A DNA stretch of 63,501 bases, counting the filler, from Corallochytrium limacisporum Hawaii (taxonomy: Eukaryota; Protista; Pluriformea): the NCBI GenBank assembly GCA_002811645.1. It is 8 parts of 8 records of this genome, joined end to end, with 100 filler letters (N's around TTAATTAATTAA, not from the genome) between each part and the next. Parts side by side here need not be neighbours in the genome. Positions count along the whole stretch, not along the records: positions 1 to 15,765 come from PDIP01000273.1; positions 15,866 to 23,118 come from PDIP01000204.1; 6 more parts are not named here. The stretch is one strand, 5' to 3'. The number at the start of each line of letters is the position of its first letter. Position 1 is the stretch's first letter. Position numbers and translations under genes: made by a program. The notes under the pieces were generated by a model. That model saw nothing but the letters and a program-made list of their open reading frames with translations, was not told the DNA's origin and made no database searches. This document shows, in pieces, positions 10,803 through 21,887 of the stretch.

Positions 10803-13226
10803 ATGACAGATGTCGCAGAGGTAATGGCCATCTTTAGCCTGTCCGAGAGTGCGGCAGAGCAGGGTCTACGGAACAAGAAAGTTACAGCAGCCCTGAACCA
10901 GGTGATCGAGGCATGCAACTTACGGGAACCTACAGTAAAGGCCAATTTCAGCGCCGAGACTCAGGGCTCGCTTCTGTATACAGTGGCCACGAAGTTTCCT
11001 CCGAAAGTTGAAGAGCGCAAGAAGATCTTCGTGGCCGATCAGGTGGTGAAAGGCAATTTGGATGGTACACTCAAGGTGCAGGCTGCGCTTGACTTCATGA
11101 AGAAGAACCACGGTGAGGAAAACGAGGGTAAGGCAGTCGACGAAGCCGCCTTCAAGTTGGCCTGTGGCGTAGGAGTCAATGTTACGGAGGATGATGCAGT
11201 CCATGCTGCCAAGGATACCCTCAAGGAATTGGAGGCTGAACTGAAGGAGAAACGGTATCAATTTCCCTTCGGTAGTTTAATTGCAGGGGCTCGTAGCAAG
11301 TGCCCATGGGGTGATCCGGCTATTCTCAAGAGAGAGCTGGACGCGGGACTGTTGGCTCTGCTAGGCCCAAAAACTGACGCGGATAGAGTCAAGCCTGCGA
11401 AAGAAAAGAAGAAGGACAAGGCTAAAGACGCCAACAGTAAGGATACAAAGGCAGGCTGCGAATCCAGTGAACCCGTCGATCCCAAAGAGGCCTTCAAGGG
11501 TGCCGTTGCGCACTTCCATGCTGTAGGTGAGAATTACAAGACAGACGGATACGTGAAGATGCCCAAGACTATGGAACTGCTTGAGGCACACAAAAAGCGG
11601 GTGGACGGTAAGGTGCGAACTCGTTTTCCTCCGGAGCCCAACGGCATCCTCCACATTGGTCACGCGAAGGCCATGAACCTCAATTTTAGTTACGCCAAGT
11701 GTATGGGAGGTAAGTGCTATCTTCGCTTTGATGACACCAACCCAGAGGTTGAAGAAGAGCGTTACGCAGAAGGCATTCGGGACATGGTCCACTGGCTGGG
11801 CCATGAGCCGTGGAAGGTCACTCACGCTTCCGACAATTTCGATGCCCTGTACGGCCACGCTGTCGAACTGATCAGGAAAGGACTAGCTTATGTGGACCTA
11901 CAAACCCAGGAGCAGATCCGTGCTGAGCGTAAGTTCCTTGAGCGCGGTGAACCGAAGGAATCTCCGTATAGAAACACGGATCCAGCGATTAACCTCAAGC
12001 GCTTCAATGACATGAAGGTCGGCAAATATGCTGAGGGCACCGCCGCTCTACGGCTGAAGATGGATGTCACCACACCATCTCCGAACCCACAGATGTGGGA
12101 CATCATTGCCTATCGCATCAAGCACGCCGCCCACAATCGTACCGGTGACAAGTGGTGCATCTACCCAACATACGATTTTACTCATTGTCTCTGTGACAGT
12201 ATCGAGGACATCACCCACTCCCTATGCACCACCGAGTTCACCAATAGCCGCGAATCCTACTACTGGCTGTGCAATGCTTGTGAAGTTTACTGCCCGGTGC
12301 AATGGGAGTATGGTCGCATGAACATTACGCACACTGTGCTCTCCAAGCGCAAAATTCTGGCGCTCATTAAGCAAGGGAAGGTAAAGGAATGGGATGACCC
12401 CCGTCTGCACACCTTGCCCGGTTTGAGGCGGCGTGGTTTTACCCCCGAGGCAATTAACACTTTCTGCGATCTTCTTGGCATCACCACTGCTCGAACCGCT
12501 GTCGAACCCCGCACGCTGGAAGCTGCTGTGCGCGATGATCTGAACAAGAAAGCCCAGCGTGCCTCGTGTGTGCGCACGAATCCCATTAAGGTCACCCTGA
12601 CCAACTGGGACGCATCCAACTTTGAGCACTCCCAAGCTCCCAACAACCCATTGAAGCCCGAGGAAGGAACACACACCATTCCCTTCGGTAAGCACCTGCT
12701 TATTGACCGGGATGACTGGCGTGATGAGGGCAAAATCGAGAAGGGCTATAAACGTTTGACTGAGAAGCAGCCCGTTGGTCTGAAGTATTCTGGCTACTAT
12801 ATTGAGGTCGAGAAGGTAGAGCGTGACGCAAAGACTGGTGAGGTTTCGAATGTCTTCGTCAAATACGGACCTCGTGAGGAGCTGAAAAACAAGACCTTTA
12901 TCCAATGGCTCCCTGATCCCGCCCATTTGCCCCCTAGTGAGAAGGAGTTCGCGCCCATGAAGGTGGCTCTGCACATGATTGGACCATTGTTCACCATGGC
13001 CAACCCTGAAGAGCACCCAGACGGCTGGCTCGCCGCTCTCAATCCGGAGTCACTGGTGGAAGTAAAGGATTGCTACGTCGACTCTGTAGTTCGTGGAAAG
13101 CCGGCAGGAACGACCTTCCAGTTTGAGCGAATCGGATACTTTGCCAGTGATCCCGACCACACTCCTGAAGGTGATCCGATTATGAACCTTACAGTGACGC
13201 TGCGCGAGGATGCTGGCAAGCAGTAG
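10803..13226 (+). CDS. QARS1: Glutaminyl-tRNA synthetase, eukaryotic type with N-terminal extension
   Basis: RFPPEPNGILHIGH (HIGH), LSKRK (KMSKS equivalent), THSLCTTEF, FQFERIGYF. Confidence 0.95.
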   Translation: MTDVAEVMAIFSLSESAAEQGLRNKKVTAALNQVIEACNLREPTVKANFSAETQGSLLYTVATKFPPKVEERKKIFVADQVVKGNLDGTLKVQAALDFMKKNHGEENEGKAVDEAAFKLACGVGVNVTEDDAVHAAKDTLKELEAELKEKRYQFPFGSLIAGARSKCPWGDPAILKRELDAGLLALLGPKTDADRVKPAKEKKKDKAKDANSKDTKAGCESSEPVDPKEAFKGAVAHFHAVGENYKTDGYVKMPKTMELLEAHKKRVDGKVRTRFPPEPNGILHIGHAKAMNLNFSYAKCMGGKCYLRFDDTNPEVEEERYAEGIRDMVHWLGHEPWKVTHASDNFDALYGHAVELIRKGLAYVDLQTQEQIRAERKFLERGEPKESPYRNTDPAINLKRFNDMKVGKYAEGTAALRLKMDVTTPSPNPQMWDIIAYRIKHAAHNRTGDKWCIYPTYDFTHCLCDSIEDITHSLCTTEFTNSRESYYWLCNACEVYCPVQWEYGRMNITHTVLSKRKILALIKQGKVKEWDDPRLHTLPGLRRRGFTPEAINTFCDLLGITTARTAVEPRTLEAAVRDDLNKKAQRASCVRTNPIKVTLTNWDASNFEHSQAPNNPLKPEEGTHTIPFGKHLLIDRDDWRDEGKIEKGYKRLTEKQPVGLKYSGYYIEVEKVERDAKTGEVSNVFVKYGPREELKNKTFIQWLPDPAHLPPSEKEFAPMKVALHMIGPLFTMANPEEHPDGWLAALNPESLVEVKDCYVDSVVRGKPAGTTFQFERIGYFASDPDHTPEGDPIMNLTVTLREDAGKQ

Positions 13227-13336
13227 GCTACTGGTAGTCGTGCACTTTGCATGCTTTAGTACGTAGATACAAATAATTCTAATAGACATATAACGAAACG
13301 TGTCATAACAATCCTGGGCAACAACAAAAACACCCT

Positions 13337-14794
13337 TTACGGAATCGGCGCCGTATCTCCGGGACCAATGTATGTTCCGCTATCTCGGCTAAGTACACCT
13401 TTGGCGTTTTGGAGATCTCCAATATAGCAAGGTTTGCGGAACTGCTGTACCCATTCAATAGCGGCTTCCAACTTCGGTCTCATGGTTCCCTTGCCGAAAT
13501 CTGGATCCTTCAGCAGTTCCCGGGCCTGAATGGGTGTCAAGTTGCGAACGGCCTCCTGGTTGGGCTTGCCAAAGTTGCGATACAGGCAGTCAATGTCTGT
13601 GAGCAAAACCATGGCATCCGCATCCACAGCCTCTGCCAACAGCACGGACGATTTGTCTTTATCAATTACTGCGTCCACGGCCTCGAAGCGCTTAAACTCT
13701 TTGCCCTCGTCATCCTTTTCCACTTTTTTCACCACCGGAATACCGCCACCACCACCGGCGATGACAATAAATCCATGGTCAGCCAACTCGCGGACCGCGT
13801 CTGCTTCCAACACTCTCTTCGGTAGAGGCGACGGCACCACCACTCGCCATCCTGACCGTGCCTTGTCTTCCAATAATGGCGGACACTCACCTTTGGCCCT
13901 CATTTCCTCCACTTCTTCTTCCCCCAGGAACTTACCAATGGGTTTGCTAGGGTTCTGGAACGAAGGGTCATCAGGGTCGACCTCCATTTCCGTTACAATA
14001 CTAACTACGCGCTTCGCTTGTCCTTTCAAATTGTGAAAACGCAGCGAATCGCTCATGCTGCGCTGAATGAGGTAGCCCAGAATGCCCTCCGACTCCGCAA
14101 CGGCGGAGTATAGAGTCCATGCTGGCACCTCACCAAGCCCAGCTGCTAGTTGATTGGCCAAGAAAAGAGCGCCTACCTGAGGGCCATTGCCGTGCGTAAG
14201 GATGATCTGAAAGCCTTTGTCGGTGATCAATTCGACCAATTTATCCGCTGCCTCTTCGCACCGTTTCCGCATGGTTTGGATAGTACCGTCGTCCCCGCGA
14301 CGCATCAAGGCATTTCCGCCGAGGGCCACCAACAGTCGCTGGCGCCGTGTCGCTCCGGAGACACTTTCAGTCCGCGTGCCCGCACTAGTCGTTGTCTGAG
14401 CCATGGGTGCCGATGCAAAGGTCATGCCTGTCGGGCGCGTTCCGTCAGCTCTGCGTGGTGCTCCCTGGTCCCATACCGATGTTCCCCCAGCTACGCTGCC
14501 TGCGTCGCCGCTACCCGCCATTGGGTTGTCCAGTTCACCACTTTCTGTTGAAGCCAGGGACTCTGTTACCCGCAACAGGTCCGCTGCGCTGAAATAAGTC
14601 TGATCGACATTCATACCAGGAGGATTAGCAACTGTGAATCTAGGCTTCTCGCCCTTTTTGTTCTTAGCTCCCTTGCCAGGCCCGTCCTTGTCTCTAGACA
14701 TATTTCTTCCGGCACTGTGGACGTTGCACTTGGCCATTGCCGCCACATATTGTTTACCAGGCAGGCGGATCAGGCCTGACCGAAAAGAAATCAT
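13337..14794 (-). CDS. arcC: Carbamate kinase with about 150-aa N-terminal extension
   Basis: VALGGNAL, THGNGPQVG, KPIG, GWRVVVPSP, GGGGIPV, AVIDKD, GTMRPK. Confidence 0.92.
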   Translation of the reverse strand: MISFRSGLIRLPGKQYVAAMAKCNVHSAGRNMSRDKDGPGKGAKNKKGEKPRFTVANPPGMNVDQTYFSAADLLRVTESLASTESGELDNPMAGSGDAGSVAGGTSVWDQGAPRRADGTRPTGMTFASAPMAQTTTSAGTRTESVSGATRRQRLLVALGGNALMRRGDDGTIQTMRKRCEEAADKLVELITDKGFQIILTHGNGPQVGALFLANQLAAGLGEVPAWTLYSAVAESEGILGYLIQRSMSDSLRFHNLKGQAKRVVSIVTEMEVDPDDPSFQNPSKPIGKFLGEEEVEEMRAKGECPPLLEDKARSGWRVVVPSPLPKRVLEADAVRELADHGFIVIAGGGGGIPVVKKVEKDDEGKEFKRFEAVDAVIDKDKSSVLLAEAVDADAMVLLTDIDCLYRNFGKPNQEAVRNLTPIQARELLKDPDFGKGTMRPKLEAAIEWVQQFRKPCYIGDLQNAKGVLSRDSGTYIGPGDTAPIP

Positions 14795-15683
14795 TTGAGC
14801 CTACCCAAAACAAGCTATGGGCCCCTGGCAATTTCACTTCTAGGTTTCAGTTCGCTCCAACGTGAATTGTACGCGTGAAGGGAACAACACCCACGGAACA
14901 CACTCACTTAGTACTACCAGCATTACAACGATACTGATTGTTCATGTTTACAGCACTATTTTCAAATACCAAAAGCGTAGTCCAAAGCCTGATTGTGGCA
15001 ACTATAGGCAGCATGCTATACTGAAGGAGTTTGTACACGGTGGCACGATTGGTACGGATATACTCAGGCTCTGCCAACTCCAGCACTAGTCCCCCATTCG
15101 GAGGGGGAGAGAGGTGGGGAATTAGAGGGAGGGTTTTCTCAGGGGCCATTGCCCCACGCTCTGGATCCACTGACGTATCACAAGCCCACCCGGAAAGCAA
15201 ACTTTGGCAGCCAGTCTGCATTTCAATTTTCCGCACAGCAGGTTGTAAGATGGCACCAACGATATCTGTTTACCTTCCGTCGTCGAGGGTGGGGGCGGTG
15301 CCTACCGGACCCTTCCTTCATTGTCGCCAGTTCGTTCTATCAAGCAGAACTGGATCAGGTGCCTGGCGAACAACCTACTACTGCCAGTGGGTACCTGATC
15401 GAGTTTGCACTGGATCATAGTAAGAAAAGCATTGCTTGTCCCAACAGGAGGGGAAAAGCGCAATAAATACCAACCACCGTATTGTGGTCCTTCAATATTT
15501 AGGCCCCGGATTTCTTTCCATCCCATTCTGAACCGTCCTCCGGTCGCACTCGTACTGAAATCAAGAGTCTGTTGGGCAAAGAAAAATAGACTCCCTCGAT
15601 AGAAAATCTTGAAACCGCGCGACTATTATGAATGTACTGATGGAGACCTCGTTTCAAACTCCTCCCAGTTCCGAGTGATTATG

Positions 15684-15765
15684 TACCACCCTCTGTCTCA
15701 TAATATTAGGCCGAATCTACTAACATTGGTTTCATTCGAATCCAGACCGCAGTGGCGGGAAATTT
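15684..15765 (+). mobile_element. Terminus of a TA-flanked TIR element (Tc1/mariner or Stowaway-like) running into the gap
   Basis: TA|CCACCCTCTGTCTCATAATATT; homologous termini at 56515 and 56929. Confidence 0.65.
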
Positions 15766-15865
15766 NNNNNNNNNNNNNNNNNNNNNNNNNNNNNNNNNNN
15801 NNNNNNNNNTTAATTAATTAANNNNNNNNNNNNNNNNNNNNNNNNNNNNNNNNNNNNNNNNNNNN
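15766..15865. other. Artificial contig linker
   Basis: 44N-TTAATTAATTAA-44N. Confidence 0.98.
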
Positions 15866-18750
15866 AGGAGAGGGGGGGGGGGACAGGCACCGAGAGAGCG
15901 ACGAGAGAGAGTGTGTGTGTGTGAAGAGAGAGAGAGGGAGAAAGAGAGAGAGGGAGAAAGAGAGAGAGGGAGAAAGAGAGAGAGGGAGAAAGAGAGAGAG
16001 AGAGAGAGTGAGTGAGTGAGTGAGTAAAAGGGGAGCGGAGGCGAGGGGGGGAAGGGAAAGCAGGCACTTCCCCGGCGCCGGCCGCTGCTCTCCCTCTCTT
16101 TCTCAATTTCCTTTTTTTCCAGGTCTCGATACTTTAATCGCTGTTCCATTCGTTCATTCACTATGATTTTTTCCTCCGCGGCACCGGGGATGGAGGATGA
16201 CCCAGGCTGGGAGAGGGTTGCCTTGGCCCTTTCGTCTCGGGTTCCATGCTTTCCACGTTCCCCCAGCGCGAGACTATAATTTTTTTCTCTCTTGCCTTTG
16301 GGCGCAAAGGCCTGGCCGGCAGGCACAGTGATATATGCTTAGTTCATTCAGTACTGTAATGCCCACCGGACCGTTCCCCAAATGAGCGCCTAGCCCTCGC
16401 TCTGATGTTTCGGAGTTTCGTTCTCGTCCTCGCACACACACACGCACACGCTCTCCCTTTCTCTCGCTCTCTCTCTCTCTCTCTCGCTCTCTCTTTCTCC
16501 GCGCAGCAACAAAAAAAAAGGAAAAGGAAATTGGAAAACGATCGGGCCCTTGCCGTTATAGCGACGCCCCTTTGCCCTTTCGGCGCGAGAATTGACAAGC
16601 GCAAAGATTGTCGCGCTCTTCGTGTTCTATTTTTTCTTTCTTTATTCGTTCGTTCTGCATCGTCGGGAATTCTTTTTTTTTCTCTTCTTTACCGGCGTTT
16701 GTTGACAGTGCAATTTTATTTGTCACTGGCGTTTTTTTCCTTTTGCCTGCAAAGCTTCTCAGTTTGCTTCGTAGACATTCTTCCCTTTTTAACTCTTTGG
16801 TCGTCGTCTGTCTCCTTCCCCCCCTCCCTCCCCCTTTTTTTTTGTCTTTGGTTGCTTTCCTTCCCACTTTTCCTTCTCCCCTTCTTCGCAGCTGACGAAA
16901 GAGCGGGTGCGACGGCCGCGAATGGCACACAGGGGCCCCGGCCCTTTGCCCACTTGGACAAAACTCCTCGAGTACAAAATATACTGAATAAAATTATGGG
17001 CAGGGCTAGTGCAACCACTCTTGCGGGGAAGGAGGAGGGGTGGTGGTGCTTTGTTTCGTTTTAAGTCTCTGCCGGGCTTCGCCCCTGACCGGAGCGGAGA
17101 GAGGGGAGGGGGTCTAATTCGCGAAAAAAAAAAAGAAGGGGCTTTCAGCCGCTGCCAGCGTCCCAGCGGCGGTTCTCTTCGGCTGGGCACCCCTCCAAAC
17201 TCCCGCGGAGAGAGGGAGAGAGGGAGAGCGCAAACACACCCACGACGATTTCACTTCACCACAAAAGAAAAGAAAAAAAGGAGGACGATAAGGACCAAAG
17301 GGGCAAAGAGAAAATACGGAGGAAACTCGGTAAGGGATGAAAGCAGGGAAAGGGAGGGAAGGAGGGAGAAGGGTTAGGGGGAGGAGAGGAGGGGTGAAGG
17401 GCCAAGAGGCCAGGTGTCTCGTGACGGACGACCCAAACCGCGCGCGGTTGGACCCGGTGTAGAAGGTCGAGCGGGAGCGAAGCAAAGAAAAAAAGGGGGA
17501 AGGTGCCCTGAGACCAAAATAGAGCGGTTTTGTAAGAGCGAGAGAGCGAGAGAGAGTGAGTGAGTGAGAAAGAAAGGAAAGAAGAGAAAAACTACGGCTA
17601 TTTTTTCTCTTTTTTTCATCGGCCTCTATGTGCGGTTTAGTGTACCTTCTTTTTTTTCTCTCCCTTCCGGTTTTTTGAGTCTAACCGTATCATCCTTTAT
17701 TTTCAATTTCTCTCTCCAACGGTTTTAGATTTTCCTTTATAGCTTTTTTTATTTGGCCGTAATCAACTTTTTTTTTGTCGTAAAGGAAGAACCACCCGTG
17801 CCGCGCGTCCCCTCCCTCTCTCCCCCTCCCAAACCGCTCTGTCCGCCGATTGGATTTGGGGGCCTATTTACGGCAACACTACCACCGGTCCCGCTCCGGC
17901 GGGACAAGTTTCATACTTTCGTGCTTTCGCCATTTATGGATTGTGATTTTTTTCTACTTTTTTTTTCTTTTTGCGTTCAGTTTTGATCTTTCTTCGCTCC
18001 CACTTTCTCTTTTTGTTTTTTTTTCTTTTGGGTGGTGGTGGTCTTGCTTAATTTTTTTGGGGGGGGGTTCGGGGTTTTTGGGTATACTGCAGTCACGGGT
18101 ATTTTTACGCTACTCTTTTGAGAAGACGAGAAAAGCAGACGTTTGCCGGCGGTTTCGTTTTACGATTTCCATGTTTTCCACCATGCGCCATCCGCTACCT
18201 GCTCTACCACAACCTTCCGAACTCCTAAAATCTTAGTATGCGTATATCTTGCAATTGAATTTTTTTTGTCTTGCTGTTGCGTAAACACAGCAGTGCCTGG
18301 CAAAAGTCAGCAGCGCGCCAAAAAAAAAAGGGAATACGCTGAGATTCGATTCATTTTTCATGTCGCGATTTGTTGGCACCCCCTTTCGTCCGTACATCTT
18401 CCATTTTTTCAGTATTGTTATAGCGTATATTTACTATTGGGAATGGGTCGTGCTGCTGCGGGGCAGCCGCTGTCGTTAATGGCAGAGTGGGAAGGGGGAG
18501 GGAGGGAGGGGGGAGAGAGAGAGAGAGAGGCAGAGGGGCGGGCCCGAGAAAGTTTGTCCTTGTTTTCTTCCTCCCCAAAGTCACGCCTCGGGGCCATCCC
18601 CACCCCCAGTCCCCCACCGCACCACCCCATATGCCCAAAGCGTAAAAGGGGGGGGGGGTTGGGGGAGCACACGTGGCCGCAGGAGGCAGTTCGCTGGGTG
18701 ACCTGTGGGCGAGCGAGGGAGAGAGTGGGCGCTCTGTGTGTGTGTGTGTA
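15866..18750. repeat. Low-complexity region of GA/CT and GT/CA microsatellites and homopolymer runs
   Basis: (GA)n about 15890-16010, (CT)n about 16460-16500, (GT)n about 18735; no credible ORF. Confidence 0.8.
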
Positions 18751-20080
18751 GTAGTCGTCGGTTTCTGGCACTCACGGTTTCCGGGTACAGTACTGGTTGG
18801 ACGCATGGGAATGACCCAACCGTGAACAAAACGGTTATGCTCGGCAAGATCCGGGATTCGCAGCGGGCCGGGAGTAGACCGTCATCAGCATGACTATGTT
18901 TAAAGTACATACTCCGTGGGGTAGTCTGCGAAACTCCTTGGTACCAATGAGCACATCGGAGCACAATGCGTCGATAGTCTTGACTGTGGTATCAGATGTA
19001 TTGTAGCAGGCATTCGTACGGACATGGACACCTGCCCCTATAGTACACAGGATCTCAGAAGCCAGGCATGACCGTTTGGCCAGTGGAGCACTCCGCTACA
19101 AACTGCCTTCCACGAAGCTCGTTCTTGATTACCACATCGATTCACCACTGCCATGCTATTGATAGAGCACACCGCACAGATCTAGTATTATACCACCGTC
19201 ATCAATCCTTGTTCTAGCAATCCTTATTCATCATGCTCCAGTGTTTCGAATGTACTGCCTATCCACCATCGGAGCATTCGCTGCATGTCTCCCCCTGATT
19301 TGGGTCCGCCCTGGGCTCACCTAGCCCCTCTCCCCACTTTCCTTGTCCCTGGTTTCTCCAACACCCCCTCCCCCTTTTCTTTCCCCTGGGCGCGTAATCC
19401 GGGGCCTATTTTATTCCTTTTCTTTTTTGGCTTCATTGAGCTCCTCTGTGTGTTGCCATGCCTTTCCACAGTACTGGAAGGGTAGGGCGTTTGGGTCTTT
19501 TATTGTCCGGGCGTGTGTTAGGTGCTGCTGGCTGCGAACTGATGAAAGCCGTAGCCCAAGATTTTTCGACTTTTTCCGTTCTGGTCCCCCCCCCCCCGTC
19601 GGCCCCGCGGGGGGCCGCCGCCCTTCTCCGGGGCCCCGGAGGGGCGGGCTGGCTTGTTTCACCCCGGGGGGGGTAGATGGCGGCCCTTGAAAAACTACAA
19701 AGAAGGGAAACGGGAGATGTGGCAAATGCGCAGTGGGATTTGGCGGTTTGGTTTCCCTGTTACGGTGTACGATGGGCTGTATGTGAGTGACTTAGTTGGG
19801 CAATCTTCTCAAGATCATTGTTGGACACAAGAGCACACTGTGCAGGGTCCAGTATTCAGAACTATTTGAGACCGCAGTCACACCAGTCCGCTCCGGTCTC
19901 ACACAAGAACCTGACAGACGCGCGGGGTTGACTTCATGACGACGCATATCACCATAGGGGCACCCAAAGTCGACAATGTAGATAGTTGTATCATTGGACG
20001 ATCTCGGGTTCTGTATCGTTGCAACAGACCTCCACGCGTCACTCAATCGGCTGTGCCAAGCAGAGCACTATAGATTCACC

Positions 20081-21673
20081 ATGCCAAATGACGATGCAGC
20101 AGCCGTACAGACTGGTGGTGAGAGGGGACGCCTCGCCATCGTTCGGGCGTACCTCGAGGAACAGGCAGTGTATGTGAATACCTTACAGCTCTGTAGGCAA
20201 GTGATTAATCCAAGGGTTCTGGAAGCGGAGTGGCCGACCAAGCGGGAGAAACATGTCCTGCATTGCAAGTTCTCGCCACTCCTGACTCTGCAGCTGCATT
20301 TGGTCGCAGCCCTGGAGAGTTGCTGTGAACGACCGGAAAACGAGCAACTTTTCGGTGTCATCTTTATCGACAGCATGGACCGCATCCGGGACGCTTACGG
20401 AGCTTATTTCAGCCAGTTCCCGATCGTGAAGACCCTCCTGGTTAGGAAGAAAGACGATGTGGTCATGAACTCGTTCCTCTCAGAGTCTTGCGGCATGCAT
20501 GCAGACGCAAAGGATCCTCCCAGTATGGAATACCTGCGGGTTCTGGAACAGCCGCTGAACCATCTGCACCACATGGCCACCCTCACCAGGGAACTCAGTC
20601 TCGCGACACCGAGGAACCACGCTGACCGTCCGACTATGGAAACGGCCAAGGTTGTGCTCCAAGAGGTCAAAGATTTCCTTCAGCACCTGCTCGCCGTCCG
20701 CGAGACAGAGCGTACGATCCTGAATTCTCGGCTTGATAGATGGCACGGTCCAAACGAACGGTACGGGCCACTGATCCGTGTGTGCCCGGTGCTGACGCAG
20801 AGAAACGGAGACATGAAGAAGGAACAGCGCATCCTTGTTTATGAGAACTACATGATCATGCTATCCTACTATGACGACGCATCGAAGGATGGTGAAAAGC
20901 GCCGGGCACAGTACCGACTGATTCGACGCTTTACGTACGCTGGCATGCGTCTAGAGTCCGTTCAGGACAACGATATGGGGATGAATCTTTTGCGCATCCA
21001 CTACAAGAAGTTCCTTACTCTAGTTAGCTTCTCGACTGCCTCCGAGCGGGACGAGACAAAGGGCATCATCCAGTGTCGCATTGAGGACCATGCCAAACTC
21101 CCACCCGTTACCAACGGGGAAGAAGGGTACAGCATTTTCGGTCATAGGTCCTTCCAGCGCCGGATCAAGGATCTGCGCAGAGACATTGCACATAACATTG
21201 CCAGCGGATCGTCCGGTTATGTGGCCCAGGAACTTAGCAAACCGGCAGTGGACACGTACGCGGCCATTCTGAGCAAGATAACCACGGATGTGGAGAGCGA
21301 GCCAAGTGATGTTACGGACCGAGACGTCTCGTCTCCAAGCCCGCCCGATGCCCGTGGACAGGAATGTGAAGCCCCGCAGCGGCCCAATCGGGCGGCGAAT
21401 CCGCCCCTGTCCCTACCGATCGCCGGCCTGCAAAGTTCCACCGTTCCAAATCAGTCTACCGTGGCCAGAAAACTGCAGGGTGTCCAGGGGCAGTCCGCTT
21501 TGCAGGGTACCATCGACGAGGCCAAGCACGACAATGAGATTGAACAGCTGAAGCGGCAGGTTGAGAAACTGACTGCTCTGGTTGCGGCCAATGCTGAGGA
21601 ACGGAACAGGATGGCCACCCGCATTGAGCTGCTGGAGGACCAGCTGTCGCGATCAAGTAGTAGAAATACATAA
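20081..21673 (+). CDS. Rho guanine nucleotide exchange factor (DH-PH) with C-terminal coiled coil
   Basis: DH-like EEQAVYVNTLQL and LEQPLNHLHHM..LSLATPRNHAD; PH-like EQRILVYENYMIM; heptad-rich C-terminus. Confidence 0.82.
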   Translation: MPNDDAAAVQTGGERGRLAIVRAYLEEQAVYVNTLQLCRQVINPRVLEAEWPTKREKHVLHCKFSPLLTLQLHLVAALESCCERPENEQLFGVIFIDSMDRIRDAYGAYFSQFPIVKTLLVRKKDDVVMNSFLSESCGMHADAKDPPSMEYLRVLEQPLNHLHHMATLTRELSLATPRNHADRPTMETAKVVLQEVKDFLQHLLAVRETERTILNSRLDRWHGPNERYGPLIRVCPVLTQRNGDMKKEQRILVYENYMIMLSYYDDASKDGEKRRAQYRLIRRFTYAGMRLESVQDNDMGMNLLRIHYKKFLTLVSFSTASERDETKGIIQCRIEDHAKLPPVTNGEEGYSIFGHRSFQRRIKDLRRDIAHNIASGSSGYVAQELSKPAVDTYAAILSKITTDVESEPSDVTDRDVSSPSPPDARGQECEAPQRPNRAANPPLSLPIAGLQSSTVPNQSTVARKLQGVQGQSALQGTIDEAKHDNEIEQLKRQVEKLTALVAANAEERNRMATRIELLEDQLSRSSSRNT

Positions 21674-21887
21674 AAGCAGAAGTGTATGAAGCGGTTTTGG
21701 TGGTTAGTGTGTTGTTGTTGTTTTTTTTACGTGACGTCAAAAAAGAGTTTCCCCCGGCGTCAACGGTAGCAATACATCACACCCCCGTTGAAGACACGCT
21801 GAACTGTTTTCTTTCTGTGTAATTCATGAGCTTGTTCTATCTAAGATTAGGGTGTGCAAAGGACGTACATGGGTATACCTCCAAAAT

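Noticed and set aside
10739-13042. Antisense ORFs over GlnRS, and similarly over CK, OPT, CocE and TFIIF-beta
   Set aside because: Shadow ORFs produced by codon bias on the coding strand.
15810-19725. Many 70-220 aa ORFs
   Set aside because: They are translations of microsatellite and homopolymer DNA with no domain motifs.
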